A model generated the notes under the pieces. It was given only the letters and a program-made list of their open reading frames with translations, ran no database searches and was not told where the DNA came from. Below, piece after piece: positions 10,557-21,743 of a DNA stretch of 64,000 nucleotides. The translations under genes and the position numbers were made by a program. The stretch is taken from positions 5,456,001-5,520,000 of the forward strand of contig OU015566.1 of assembly GCA_907165135.1 (NCBI GenBank), read 5' to 3'. Numbering within the stretch: the stretch's first letter is position 1; each line of letters begins with the position of its first letter. This stretch comes from Oikopleura dioica. Its lineage: Eukaryota; Animalia; Chordata.

Positions 10557-13500
10557 TTAGACAAATGTGTTGTCAGAGTAGATCAAAGGTGATGTGGAAA
10601 TTTTGTCGTCGGCTACAAGACGTTTTTTAAGCACATTGTTGAATACAGCACGATTCATTAAAAATGTTCGCATTCTGTCTCGCTTGCGATCCATTTGCAT
10701 GACGGGTACATCCTTTCTGATTTGACGATTGTAATCGGCGCCAAACACGGCGGCAAGATACTCGTAATGGCTGTGACAGTGTATTTATCAAATCAGTTTT
10801 TGCACTTACCCAAGTTGAACTTTTTCTTGCAACCTTTGGCAGATTTTTTGACGACTTTTGTTGGCACAATATCCTCATCCTCCATCTGCGCCAAAATGTC
10901 CAAAACGCGATACTCATTTTTAGGATCACAAATTTGCCCGTCCATATCGCAGGGCTCTTTCTCCACCATGGCATAACATTTTGGACTCGGAGCCAAAAAC
11001 CAGCCCGATTTTATTGAGACTTCTTTTAAGCAGACCGGGCTCCTTTTGTGAAGCATCGTCACCATCGACGGCAAACCATGCCGGGCGAATCTCCTTTTCC
11101 CACTTGTCTTTGAGTTTTGGATTGACGCACTTGTGCACGCTGTCTTTTGTCAACGCCAGTATAAAGGAATCCGTATCAGCATAACAAAACTTGTACGAGC
11201 CGGGCATCAAATAATCGCGCAAAATCTGTTCAAATTGCATAAACAACAATTTTGAATTCTTTTGAAGGAGGATCGACACTCTGAGACTGGCGGGGTCCGG
11301 GGGTCCGGGGCGGAGCCCCCGAGGGCTATGGTTGCCGGCCGTACCGGCCGGCGGGGGTCTGGGGTTGCCGTGCCGAAGGCACGGCCAACCCCCAGTCGCA
11401 CAAGGTTCCGGACGACCGGGCCAGGCCTGGATGGAGCCGTGCCGTGCCGTACGGCCGGCACGGCCACCAGCCAGGTTCAGGCCAGGGAGGACGGCAGTTT
11501 TGGTTGTTGGTGGTGCGGGTGGTTGGTTGGTGGTGGTTGGGTTTGGTGGCGGGGTTTGGTGGTTGGTGGTGGTTATTGAGGGTTCAAGCTTACAGAATAT
11601 TATTCAAAATAGGCGTAGAGCAAAGCATTTTGGCGTTTGGGTTGACAAAATTTGAAATTCTTTTCTAAAATACAAGCGCGCGTTATGGTGATTGTATTTG
11701 TCGAAAATGACATTTGTTTTGACCTTTGGCCGCAATGGTTGATTTTGGTTGCCTTTGTTTTGATCTTTGGCAGCATTGGTGGTTCTGGGTTGCCTTTGTT
11801 TTGCTCTTTGGCAGCATTGGTGGTTCTAGGGTGCCTTTGTTTTGATCTTTGGCAATTGTGATTTTGCACCAACAGAATTCAGGAATCATTCTGCCGTGGT
11901 TTCCGATAATGAGGGTTCATTTCTAATCCTAGTAGAATGGCGTCAGGGTATTCCTGCTGTTCATCCTGTATCATTTTACTCAAATTGCCAGAAATTAAAA
12001 AAAATTTATAAAGATCTTTTTTAAAGGGTTGTTATGGTTTTTGAAAAAACATTTGTGAGAAGGGGATTCGAACATAGAGGGTAAGCATTACGACCAGCAA
12101 GCGTCAATCTAAGAGTACTTTTGCTCGCTATCGCCGCGTTACTTCAATAGTACCGCCGCAATAGGGAACAGGGATTGGGCTGATGAGAGGGAGGAGAGGG
12201 GAAAGGAGAATGGGCTAGTACAGCTCAAATTTAGCCGCCTTACGCTCTGCTTTAGCTCTATATCCACTCGGCCATCGTTCACGGTCCTCCTTTCCTGATA
12301 GACAAAGATTTGAATCGGCAAGGCCAAATCTTCGGTAACATTCTTTTTTCGACGAACAATCTCATGCAGCGGATCTAATGCAACATCTTCGACTCTTAGC
12401 TGTTTTGTTGATTTTAACATTGGCGAACGTATTGCATCGTACATTTTATCGGCGCCGACAATTGAGCAAGAAAGAAAGCGGTAGACGGCCAAAGCAAAGC
12501 GGCCAACCATTGCATTGAGAATTAATTTTATGACAAGTTGAAGACCCGCGTTTTTCTTGCTCAAAGCGGTTACGCGATCCTTGACCATGTTTGCAACAAA
12601 TTTTTTGAATGGAGCTCCTTTGTAGTACTCGACAAAGTAGTGAACTTTAATCTTGACGCCTTTGTTATCAAGAAACTCTAGCATTTCGCTGGTTGCCATG
12701 TAATTCTTTGCATTGTAGCAAAACACATTTTCTTCGCTTGGATAAAGTCGCTCCACGGTTTTTTGCGGAAGAACGCGCTTCATATAACCATTGAGTGTGT
12801 CAGTCGTTAGCTCCGTTTTTGCAAAGATGGGCGGAATAAACGGATTTTCATCTATAACTTTTTGCGTCGAAGAAAGATCAACAAGCGCAAGTCCAAAGAA
12901 TTTTTTCGCGCGCAAAGCTGCCAAAAAATCTTCTTCCGTCACACCAGGTTTGCCTGGAATCATGCCGCTAAAATTTGGCTTCGCTCCTTTATACAAAAAT
13001 GGATAAGTTGGCGAGTGTGGCGCTTCATTTGCAAATTCAGCATTTGTCCAAATTTTCAGCCATTGACACGCGTAAACAATGACAATCTCATGAGGAAAAT
13101 TAAGAGGACCTTCTTGCTGTAAAAGATCGTCTTTGTCCTCGCCAAAAATTGGATCCAATTCAAAGGGCAAGTAACCTGCCATTATGGCCTCTTCGCGAAG
13201 AGTGTCAACAATGGCGTGCATTCGGGCGTCATCCTCTGCTTGCAATTGCTCTGGAGTGATTTCCTTGTAGATTGGCTTCCCACCAACTGATGCGACCTTC
13301 TTTTTGCATCCTCGCCAAGGTTTACGCTTACAATGCGGGCACGTATGATAAGAGCAGCCTCTAAATTCGAAAATAACTTTTTTTCGTATTGGGTTCGCAT
13401 CATCGTCGCCGTAAATATGATAGAGACGATTTGTCCCGCTAATAAACTCATCCAAAACAGTGTATCCGTCAACATGATGCCTGCCAATCTTCTTTTCCTC

Positions 13501-16500
13501 ACCATTGTACGAGTGCTGTATTTTACCGTTGTACGTTTTCCAATTCAAATATTCAAGCCATCGAATAGATTCCAAAGATGTGTTTTGCTTCTGCGCGTAA
13601 AGACCGTCATTGAAAAAACGAACTTCGCCATCTTTATAATCAGAGCTCGCTGTTATGGGCGCTTGAAATCTCGAGTTATTAACGTGACCAAAAACACTAT
13701 TTAAAGTGTACAGTATGCCAGGGCCAAGGGGGAGATTTCTAGCTACAGCCCATGGATAAAGTGAATTAAAGTCGAGCCCTTCCAAATAGACGTACCGTTC
13801 GCCATTTGGCGCATGCGTTGCGGCCTTCGGAATGCGCGGATCGTCGTGCCTTTCATTCAAATATATTGCGCGATGAAGAACTTGGCAAATTCCACCTTGA
13901 AGCTTTGCTCGACAATCTTTGTAGTAAAACGCCGCCTTTGGTGGCGGAGAGTAGATTGGCGGGAGCTCGGAGTCATATTGCATCAGCGCAATTTTCTGGG
14001 CCATCTTCGCTATTGACAAATCCGCATGAATTCCAAGACCAAATTTTGTCTTATAGTTTTCGGCGTAAGCGTCAATACTTCCCGTCAATAATTTTACATC
14101 GTTGAAATTGTTGTTGATAAGGAATATCATCATTGTCATTTTTTCACCGTCGCCGGGGTTCTTACTCTCCAAATCGGCAACCATTCGCTCCCACAATTCT
14201 TTATTTTCGTTGTATTTTTTTGGTTTGAATCGAAAAAAATCTCGCACCGCGGGATCGTTTGGATCGCATTGATGGCATCGAACCTCTGGGTCGTAGATGA
14301 ATTTCTTTCCTAAAAATCTAACATGCTCATCGACAATTGATCGTGGAGTTCTGTTATTTTTATCGCACCACTCTTTTAGCACCGGATCGTCAAGAAGATT
14401 TCTCAAGCACAACCAGTCAGACAGCTGGCATATAACCGCTTCGTCACGTTGCCAACGATCTTCACTTGTGTCTTCGCACTTTTGCCGAATCATAAGATTG
14501 ATCTTTGCGGCGTATTTTGAGCCCTTGTTGAGTGCGCCACTTCCCATTGTCGAATAAAAGCACGTATACGCAGGAAAGCGTTTTGCAGCTTCCAGCTGAT
14601 CAACTCGGGTATACCATTCATATGGAAATGAACCCTTGGTGTATTCGTCGGGATTGAGCCCCATTGATCGCGCCAAATCGGCCAAACTTCCTGGTGCAGA
14701 GTAGTTTTTGAAATCGCGAAAGCTCAACCCAGCCGCATCCAAGAGCATATAACCACCGTCGCGTTTGATTGTTGAAATTTGCTGACTTTGCTTGCCCGAA
14801 AATTCGTAGAGCACAGATACAAGCATTGGATATAAAACACATAAATCGTATGTTTCCCCATACCACGAGTAAATTTTTAATTTGTAAAAATCACGCAAAT
14901 AATTTAGCTTTTTGCGCATCGGAACGAGTTCATCAAACGAATACTTGCTTCGTTGCTCTTTATCGCCCAATTCTTTTGAATAAAAATCGACTCCATCCTT
15001 GATCATTTGCGGGATTTCGGAAATCATCTTGTCGCGAAGTTGCTTCAAGTAATTGACAAATTCAGCCAACATGACAAGAACCGAGCTATAATCCATGTTT
15101 TTTCTTTTAAAAGCGCGTCTTTCTCCATCACTTGTCATGCAGGCAAGAGTCGCCAAGTTGTGAAATTTTCGTTCGTCGTTAAATTCACATGTTTCCGTTT
15201 TTAACATTCCCTCGCTCATAAGACATTCGATATCATAAGTGCAATAATAATCCTGCGTATAAGAAACAGACGGTAAGTAGTTTTCATCGACTAATTCTTT
15301 GACAAAGTCAATAACACGGGGTCCAAGAACTGATTGACGAATTCTGCAGGATGTCTCGGCTGTGCAATTTTTACGTGTGCACGCATATAAGACGCTTTTT
15401 GATGAGAGTAAAGACAGTTTTTAGTCGGGCAAACAGGCATATCGATAACTTCACCACGATGCAAAATTCGGCAGAGAGTGTTGTCGCTAAAAACATTTGG
15501 CACAAGTGCCGCCAAATTTCGAATCGGACGATAAACAGCATCATCTTCCCTCTCATCATACGAGTCATATCCATCACAATCGTCGGTCCCGTCAGAGTTG
15601 CAGTCATCTTCTGCAGCCATCGAGTCAATAAACGGGTTTGCGCCGAGGCCCCCGTCATATTCCTCAAACTCGCCTTCATCAAGAACAACACTTTCATTGT
15701 CGTTGTCGTCGGTTTCATAAGTTGCGCCTTCGACAAGCCCCGCGGCATCCACATCGCCTTCATCAATAACATTTGCGGCAAAACCGCGATCCGCGTCAAG
15801 GCGTCGCTCGCGTTGATATTCGCCATCCGCTGCAAGAACGGGATTGCGCCACGGGTTCCGTCGTAATTCGTTGTAGGAAACTCCCGCAAATTTTTTAAAT
15901 TCAATCTCGAATTCGTCCGGAGTATAACTTCCAACAAGCAAATTGAGCGGATTTTTTCCCAAGATTGGTTTTGTGGCGTAGAAACACACTTTGTTGTTAA
16001 CATTGTCGTTGACAATTTTGCCAATAAAGAGACGAATTGGCAATTGGTAACGTGTTCTTATGCGTTGAAAAACACCGTCGGCAATACTAAACATTTCGCG
16101 ATCATCGATGCACATCTCACGTTTGACTTCGACAATTTTTTCGTCTTGTTCGGTTTTGTTCAATTTTGGCCAACGATATTTTACAATAGCTCGCCACAAA
16201 TTTATCCAGTCGCGGTCCCGCTCCTCAGCGACTTTTCGTGTTGGAATAACGTAAAAAGGACCAAGTGTATGAAAATAGGGGCGAGCACTTTGCAGAATAA
16301 CAAGCGGTCGATCAACATGTTCGTTGTTGGTGTGGCCAGACTCGTACTTTTCCAAAACGTTGCGAATGCTCAACACTTCAGCCGTTCTACTCGGTCTGTA
16401 TGATATACCAAGTGGGCTGTATTTTCCTCCATACAATAGATACAAATCAATATTTAAGAACTCTTCAATTTTTGGCAAATCCGCTCTTGTTGGTTTAGGC

Positions 16501-16841
16501 CCAAATCTAACCTCCAGCATTGACGTGTTGCATTTTAAAAGATCGTCCTTAAGTTCTTGGTTGATTGTGGTTGGCACCTTTGGAGCAATTTTTTGAAGAA
16601 AATTCCACCAATTTTTCCCAAATAAAAGCGCGTGATAAATGTTTGTCGTTTCTAAATCAATGTTTCGCATTTCTGTGCCAGTTCGAAATTTCGTTCCTTC
16701 CGCATAAGAAGCAAGAAAACGCCGTTTTTTGTTTTTATCAGCATTGGATAAGCCTACAAAGATTAACTTGTAATCACATCATTTTCTCTTTAATTTACCT
16801 TCTTTTGTTTTTTTATCTGGATAGAATCTTGAAAGTTTCAT
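10557..16841 (-). CDS. polB: Protein-primed family B DNA polymerase (pPolB), ~1700 aa, spliced
   Basis: ExoI TYDIEC (just upstream of ORF 12139-15219), GLDFNSLYP, KLILNAMVGRF, YADTDS, KSAKG, and an internal VDG...EFRGCSYH..C nuclease-like insert. Introns 16798-16754, 12294-11259 and ~10810-10772. Frameshifts at ~15370 and ~11025. Confidence 0.93.
11259..12294 (-). other. 1036-nt GA-AG intron/insertion in the polymerase palm
   Basis: Removal restores ...FVYQ|NSKLLFMQF...YADTDS. Starts GAAAGGAGGACCG, ends CGATCCTCCTTCAAAAG. Confidence 0.8.
11715..11855. repeat. 41-bp tandem repeat x4 inside the polB intron
   Basis: TGTTTTG(A/C)(T/C)CTTTGGC starts at 11715, 11756, 11797 and 11838. Confidence 0.9.
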
Positions 16842-16897
16842 TTTAGTAATATGACATTTATTGTACGTGCAGACATTTATATAAGAAACGTTATCGA

Positions 16898-18720
16898 TCA
16901 TCCTTTTCGTCTTTTGGAGTTGCCCTTGTTGACGCCGCGTGTGGTGCTATCGACTTTTGTATCCTTTGTGCACTTTTCTTCCAAAGCCTTTAATTCCGCA
17001 GACTTCCGTTTTTTACCAGAGGCGTTTTTCTCCAGGACGGTCGCTTCTAAAAAAAAAATTAACATGCGCAATTCTGTAAAGCTCAATTACCATTTCGATT
17101 TGCGTCCAGAAACAGTTCGTTTCTCGGAATTCGGAAAATGAGCGTGTCCCACGTAGCTTCAAGCGGTGTCTCAAATTCTATCCTTATTGTGACGTTTGCC
17201 GTATTTCCTTCGCGATCGTCAAAGAATAATGGAACCATCCAGAAATAATCCCGGAAAACGAAAAAATCCTGGCCAAGAGCGTTAGCTTTGTTATCCCATC
17301 TTCCATTATGCTTCATAAAATTTGTATAATGATCTGTCGCCGTAGTCCATGGTGATCGAAATTGCGGCACATTGTTGACAAAGACGGTCAGCTGCTTTAT
17401 TTTGAAGTCGGGATCGGCCATTGTCGTTTTGGTGAGGCACTGTCGAAAGGATTTTATCTCATAGCGAGAGTGAGGCATTCCAGTCAGCACAATCATTTTT
17501 GGAAGGGGACCAGTATTAACCTCAATGTCGTAAGTTGACAAATTTCCGGACAGCGATTTTCGCGTCATTCGGGGATAAAAGAATGGTAGCACTCCCTCCC
17601 CTTTGACACCAGTCGAAACGGGCTTTTCCGATTTTCCGGGTTCGCAGAATACCGACTCCATAATGTAATTTTTGGGGTCAACAATATCTTCAGGATCGAG
17701 TGTATGCTTCATCCAAATGTACTTCTTTTTGTCATCCTCTGGACAAGGTGAGATGATTGGCGTTGTGACTTTAAGAGTGTGAGCCTTCCACGGAGCTTCT
17801 GCATCACCAGAGTTTATTTTTGTTTTTTGATAAAGTAGCGATTTATCAGTGTATTTTGCCTCTCCAGCTTTATAAACTTGTTCCAAATCGGTGTATTCTC
17901 CAGAGTCGTATTTTGCAGCCGTGCAATCGCAATCCTCAGCAGTTTTATGCTCCATCGGTTCACCGACAGTCTTCATTCCAGTTGGAAAGGGCCATTCCAT
18001 ATTTGAGACAGCGTCTTCGCTTACTCGGCACAGTTGAAACTCGCTCAATTCCATCAACACGCGCGAAATGTAATTGAGTGTAACTTCAAGCGACGGTCGT
18101 GAGCCTGGGGGTAAGACGCGAGGTTGACGCGCAAGCCCATGAGTTATTGGCGCTCGGAAATCGTAGTCGTAAAAGCATCGTTCGTATTTTTGAGGTTGAT
18201 CACCAGTTTTAAAAACGACAGCTTCAGAATGAGTTTCCCATCGTTTTTGTCCATATTGCTTCCGGTTTTCAGCCAATGTTTTATTATTCCGAGCGAGCTT
18301 TATATATTCAAGCTCGTATGAATCCGCTTCCAAGCTATCGAATCGACCATATGGAAAAAGCTCGCAATCCTGCGCCAATGGAGAATAATTCAATTTTGTG
18401 ATGGCTTGACTAAAGAAAGCGTGCTCGTGATCGTCAAATGATGAGAATATACGGTTGTCCAGGATTTTGATATCCAGTTTTCTTACAAGTTTTCCATGAA
18501 CATCGTTGTCGGGTACATAGTTTTCGGGCATTGACAATCGAAACCGAAACATGCACTCCGAAAGTTTGAGCGAAAACTTGTCATCCGGCACTTCAAAAAG
18601 GACGCGGTTTCCACAGTCAAATTGGCCAGCTCTTGAAAGAACTTTATAGCCTTTGTACGGATCGTCATCGCAGCGAACATCACGATTGTAGAACAAAAGA
18701 TTTCCAAAGTTTTCTGTCAT
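16898..18720 (-). CDS. Double jelly-roll major capsid protein with a short basic C-terminal exon
   Basis: Patterns YVPDNDVHGKLVRKLDI, TKLNYS, HGLARQPRVLPPG, GPLPKMIV, FVNNVPQF..P, VTIRIEF match Polinton MCPs. Intron 17090-17047 adds EATVLEKNASGKKRK... Confidence 0.8.
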
Positions 18721-18724
18721 GTGC

Positions 18725-19165
18725 CTAAAATATTTTATTTAAAACGTTGAACAGTTTTAGCAAATTCTGGCAAAAGCCGATCTTGCTATCAAGGGTTACA
18801 ACAAGGATCAAAATTAAGATAATTAAAGAAAATGCGCTCATAACAAGTGCCAAATCCCGCGGATGCATTCTCATCGCCTGAAAGAGACTCTTCGCATTTT
18901 TCGCTTTCGCCGTCCACCAAGCGGAATAACGCCACCACCACTTGTCACAAGATAAGCCACCCGTGTTTTCGCCTGCGGCTTCTTGGACGATTTTTTCCTT
19001 TTCAATTGCTTCCTTGCTCGCGAAGTTGATCGTCGTCGTCGTAAAATTGCCATTTTGCGTGATGCTTATGCCCCTGCAATTGTTGATGAAAACGCGCCAA
19101 CACAGCCTAAACAGATTCTTTATTGATTTCGCCAACACTTGTGACTTTGTTAAGTTCATTTTCAT
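18725..19165 (-). CDS. Small membrane protein with C-terminal TM helix, overlapping the integrase end
   Basis: MKMNLTKS... with TM LALVMSAFSLIILILILVVTL and a Trp-rich patch KWWWRYSAWW. Confidence 0.55.
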   Translation of the reverse strand: MKMNLTKSQVLAKSIKNLFRLCWRVFINNCRGISITQNGNFTTTTINFASKEAIEKEKIVQEAAGENTGGLSCDKWWWRYSAWWTAKAKNAKSLFQAMRMHPRDLALVMSAFSLIILILILVVTLDSKIGFCQNLLKLFNVLNKIF

Positions 19166-21011
19166 AGAAACGCCGGTTGAGCGCCGCGCCGCGTGCATCA
19201 TGGAGCGTAAACGTCGGAACAAATGTGCCCCAATGAATTTTAACAATTTTATAAAGTTCGGCGGACCAATTTGCCGTTGCTCCCTTTTTAAAAGGATTTT
19301 TTCCAAGCGCATTCACTGGAATTCGGACCAAGTCCCCGATGTAAAATTTTGTTCTTGTTTTACGGGCCCCAATATTTCGACGTTTTTGCTCCAAAATCCG
19401 TCTTTTGGTGGCATATCAATAGCATTGTGTACAGTTGCGTTATACATCGCATTAATATCTTGAAGGGCATGAATCCAGCGCCGCAAACCATTGTGCTCAT
19501 CAAAATAACGCTGCAGTCTCCCCTCGAGCGTTTGACTAAATTTTATTAAAATCTTCAACAGCGACGTAAACTTACATAAAGCGCTCTGCGATTGATGATT
19601 TATGACGCCCTCGAAGTTGATGAGGAGTTATTTGCCATTTCTCCAATAGCGGCAAAACGGCTCCTTTAAATTCATTGCCGTCATCGACCATAAGAAACGT
19701 GTGACCGGGTAAATCCAAGCGCTTTATGATGTCTTCAAGCGCTGCAGCCGTTTCTTCCGCCGTCTTGCGCTTTAGAGGGCGTACAAAGCTCTGACGTGAT
19801 AAACCATCCACAACAACAAGAATATATCTGTAGCCATTATTGATCTCAACATCGTTGGCGAACCATTCACAAGTATCAGCAAATAGACAAGTATAAAGTC
19901 CAGTCGCAATAATGGGATTACGGCGAAAACGTGATTTGTAGGGTTTGTGCATTGAGATTGTTTTGTTACGACGTTTAAATTTTGCAAGATCCATTCCACT
20001 ATAAGCAGAAGCGTTTTTCAAATTGTAAAAAAGATTTGCAGATGGCGATGTTGTGCCCGGTTCATTGCCAAAAGTTTTCCACATCGCTGATCGGGGACCC
20101 CTCATGAGGCGTGGATCCCTGCTCGCTTTGCTCCGATTCGTCCGATTGTTGAGCAGTTGTTGATCCTCTGGGCGGTTCGAATTCAGTAACCACTCGTTTT
20201 GATTTCTTTGGTCCCTTTGCGTAGGAAACATGCGGCTGTTCGCTTCCGGATTCGTTGTCACTGATGACAATGTACTTGCTTTCGTCGCTGTCGTCGCCTC
20301 TCGGGCCTGGGGTTGCCGCACGTTTTCGCTCAAATCTGACTCTTCGAAATCCATCATCTCGACGTCTTCGTTGTTGTCGTTGTTGGTTTGCATACTGCCG
20401 AATGATTCGTAGTTCATGTTCGAGTCGGCGTCGCTTTGCATATTCGCGTCTTGCAAGCCACTCAAACCTTGACGCTTCTCCGACCACTGTTGGGTGCCAT
20501 TCTCGTCGATTAGCGGATCTGTCGAATTCCACCATCCGGTGTCGCTCTCGGGGAGCTCTTGAATATCTGGGAGTCTCTGATTCAATTTCTTCAACGGGGG
20601 TTCGCTCTCGCCTGTCATCATGGTTAGAAACGAAATTCCCCCGGTTCGCGTGATCAGAGCGGGCGCTACTACCGGCGAAGCGCTTGTTGGTGACGTTGGA
20701 TCTCCGATTCCAATCTTGTTCAGATTGTTGGATAGATTCATTTGCCATGAAGCCGCGATTTCCAGTGGGTTCTGACCCGTTGCCACTTGCTGCGCGTTTG
20801 TTTTGATCTTTGCCAACGCGCTGTCCATCGGTTTGGGTGTCTCGACCGACCCCGTTCTTGCGATACTCGGGGTCGTCTGGAGTGTCGTCCCAGTCGGAAA
20901 AGTCGTCGTAGTCTTCGCCAAATTCTCCGAGAGCCTTCGATTTCCCAACGGGATAAACTCGGTCGCATATTCGTCCAAGTAAGCCGGCCGTTTTACTCGC
21001 CTCTTCGTCAT
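19107..21011 (-). CDS. Retroviral-type (rve) DDE integrase of Polinton class
   Basis: ADT...YRYILVVVDGLSR, VDDGNEF, AERF|IQTL (40-nt intron 19575-19536), YNATVH, GDLVRI..FKKG..NWS..FYENEL. One frameshift near 19380. Confidence 0.92.
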
Positions 21012-21141
21012 AGTCTGGATAGGGAGAGCCTTTTGTTTTTGGAGCGGTAAATCGTATTTCACCGGTATCTGGATTTGTTTCGTACTCGGAACAAAAATGG
21101 TCTATACAGTCAAGCGGGATGCACGCGTACGGATTTGGCAT
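20062..21141 (-). CDS. 359-aa acidic/Arg-rich protein overlapping the integrase 5' region in another frame
   Basis: ATG-initiated uninterrupted ORF with an Arg-rich helix (RREYAKRRRLEHELR...QRRRRDD). Confidence 0.6.
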   Translation of the reverse strand: MPNPYACIPLDCIDHFCSEYETNPDTGEIRFTAPKTKGSPYPDYDEEASKTAGLLGRICDRVYPVGKSKALGEFGEDYDDFSDWDDTPDDPEYRKNGVGRDTQTDGQRVGKDQNKRAASGNGSEPTGNRGFMANESIQQSEQDWNRRSNVTNKRFAGSSARSDHANRGNFVSNHDDRRERTPVEEIESETPRYSRAPRERHRMVEFDRSANRREWHPTVVGEASRFEWLARREYAKRRRLEHELRIIRQYANQQRQQRRRRDDGFRRVRFERKRAATPGPRGDDSDESKYIVISDNESGSEQPHVSYAKGPKKSKRVVTEFEPPRGSTTAQQSDESEQSEQGSTPHEGSPISDVENFWQ

Positions 21142-21353
21142 TTCATTAGAAAATGATAATTAAGCTAAAAAAACGAGTATTTATATACTTAGTCTGTTAA
21201 TGCTGCTTACGTTTTCTCTTTCTCTTCCGGTCTGTACGTTAAACTAGATATACATAGAATTTATAGTATATAAACGTGCGCCATCGAGTGTTAATCCTTT
21301 ACGCGCATATAAATACCCCTGCGAAACGGCAAATCTGGCAAGACTGTCAAAAA

Positions 21354-21743
21354 ATGAATCCAGTTGAAGCTGAAGCTAGAGAAAACTGCTGGCCCGTACA
21401 AGCGGAGATTTCTGGTTATCGAACTGATCTTTGGCCTACCCGATACTTTGTCCGTGCGACCCCTGTTGAGGGTGGTTTGCGAATCGACGAGAAACTACCT
21501 GCCTGGTACAATCGTCTTGAAGAAGGTGTCGAATTCACCGCCTTTGTGAGCGACCAAACTTTCAACTTGAACAACCCCGAGGAGAAAGCGTACTTTGAGT
21601 CGCTTGAGAAGAAGTTTAAGCGAAAAACCGGCGTCATCTGGCTCACCGACTGCCTGGATCGTAAGAAGGCGGGCTACGAGCCTGAGGGAAAAACCAAGGG
21701 ACTCTTTGTTGCCCGGGCTTTTACAGCATGCCCAACTATTTAG
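21354..21743 (+). CDS. Hypothetical protein (129 aa) upstream of the ATPase
   Basis: Intact ORF MNPVEAEAR..., whose end overlaps the ATPase start. Confidence 0.55.
   Translation: MNPVEAEARENCWPVQAEISGYRTDLWPTRYFVRATPVEGGLRIDEKLPAWYNRLEEGVEFTAFVSDQTFNLNNPEEKAYFESLEKKFKRKTGVIWLTDCLDRKKAGYEPEGKTKGLFVARAFTACPTI

Noticed and set aside
11715-11855. CRISPR-like array (also 26764-26939)
   Set aside because: Eukaryotic context, no unique spacers and no cas genes. These are tandem repeats.
11207-11889. Several ORFs across the GC/GT-rich intron block
   Set aside because: They arise from low-complexity, stop-poor sequence and repeats, with no protein-like features.
12045-12120. tRNA gene
   Set aside because: A B-box-like sequence is present, but no T-stem or acceptor-stem pairing could be drawn.
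11259-12294. Group I or group II self-splicing intron in polB
   Set aside because: No register of the junction gives exon-terminal U with intron-terminal G (group I) or GUGYG...AY (group II), and there is no intron-encoded protein.
15360-15380. Programmed -1 frameshift joining the polB N-terminus and exonuclease
   Set aside because: A AAA ATT is not an X XXY YYZ slippery site, and similar homopolymer indels recur across the window.
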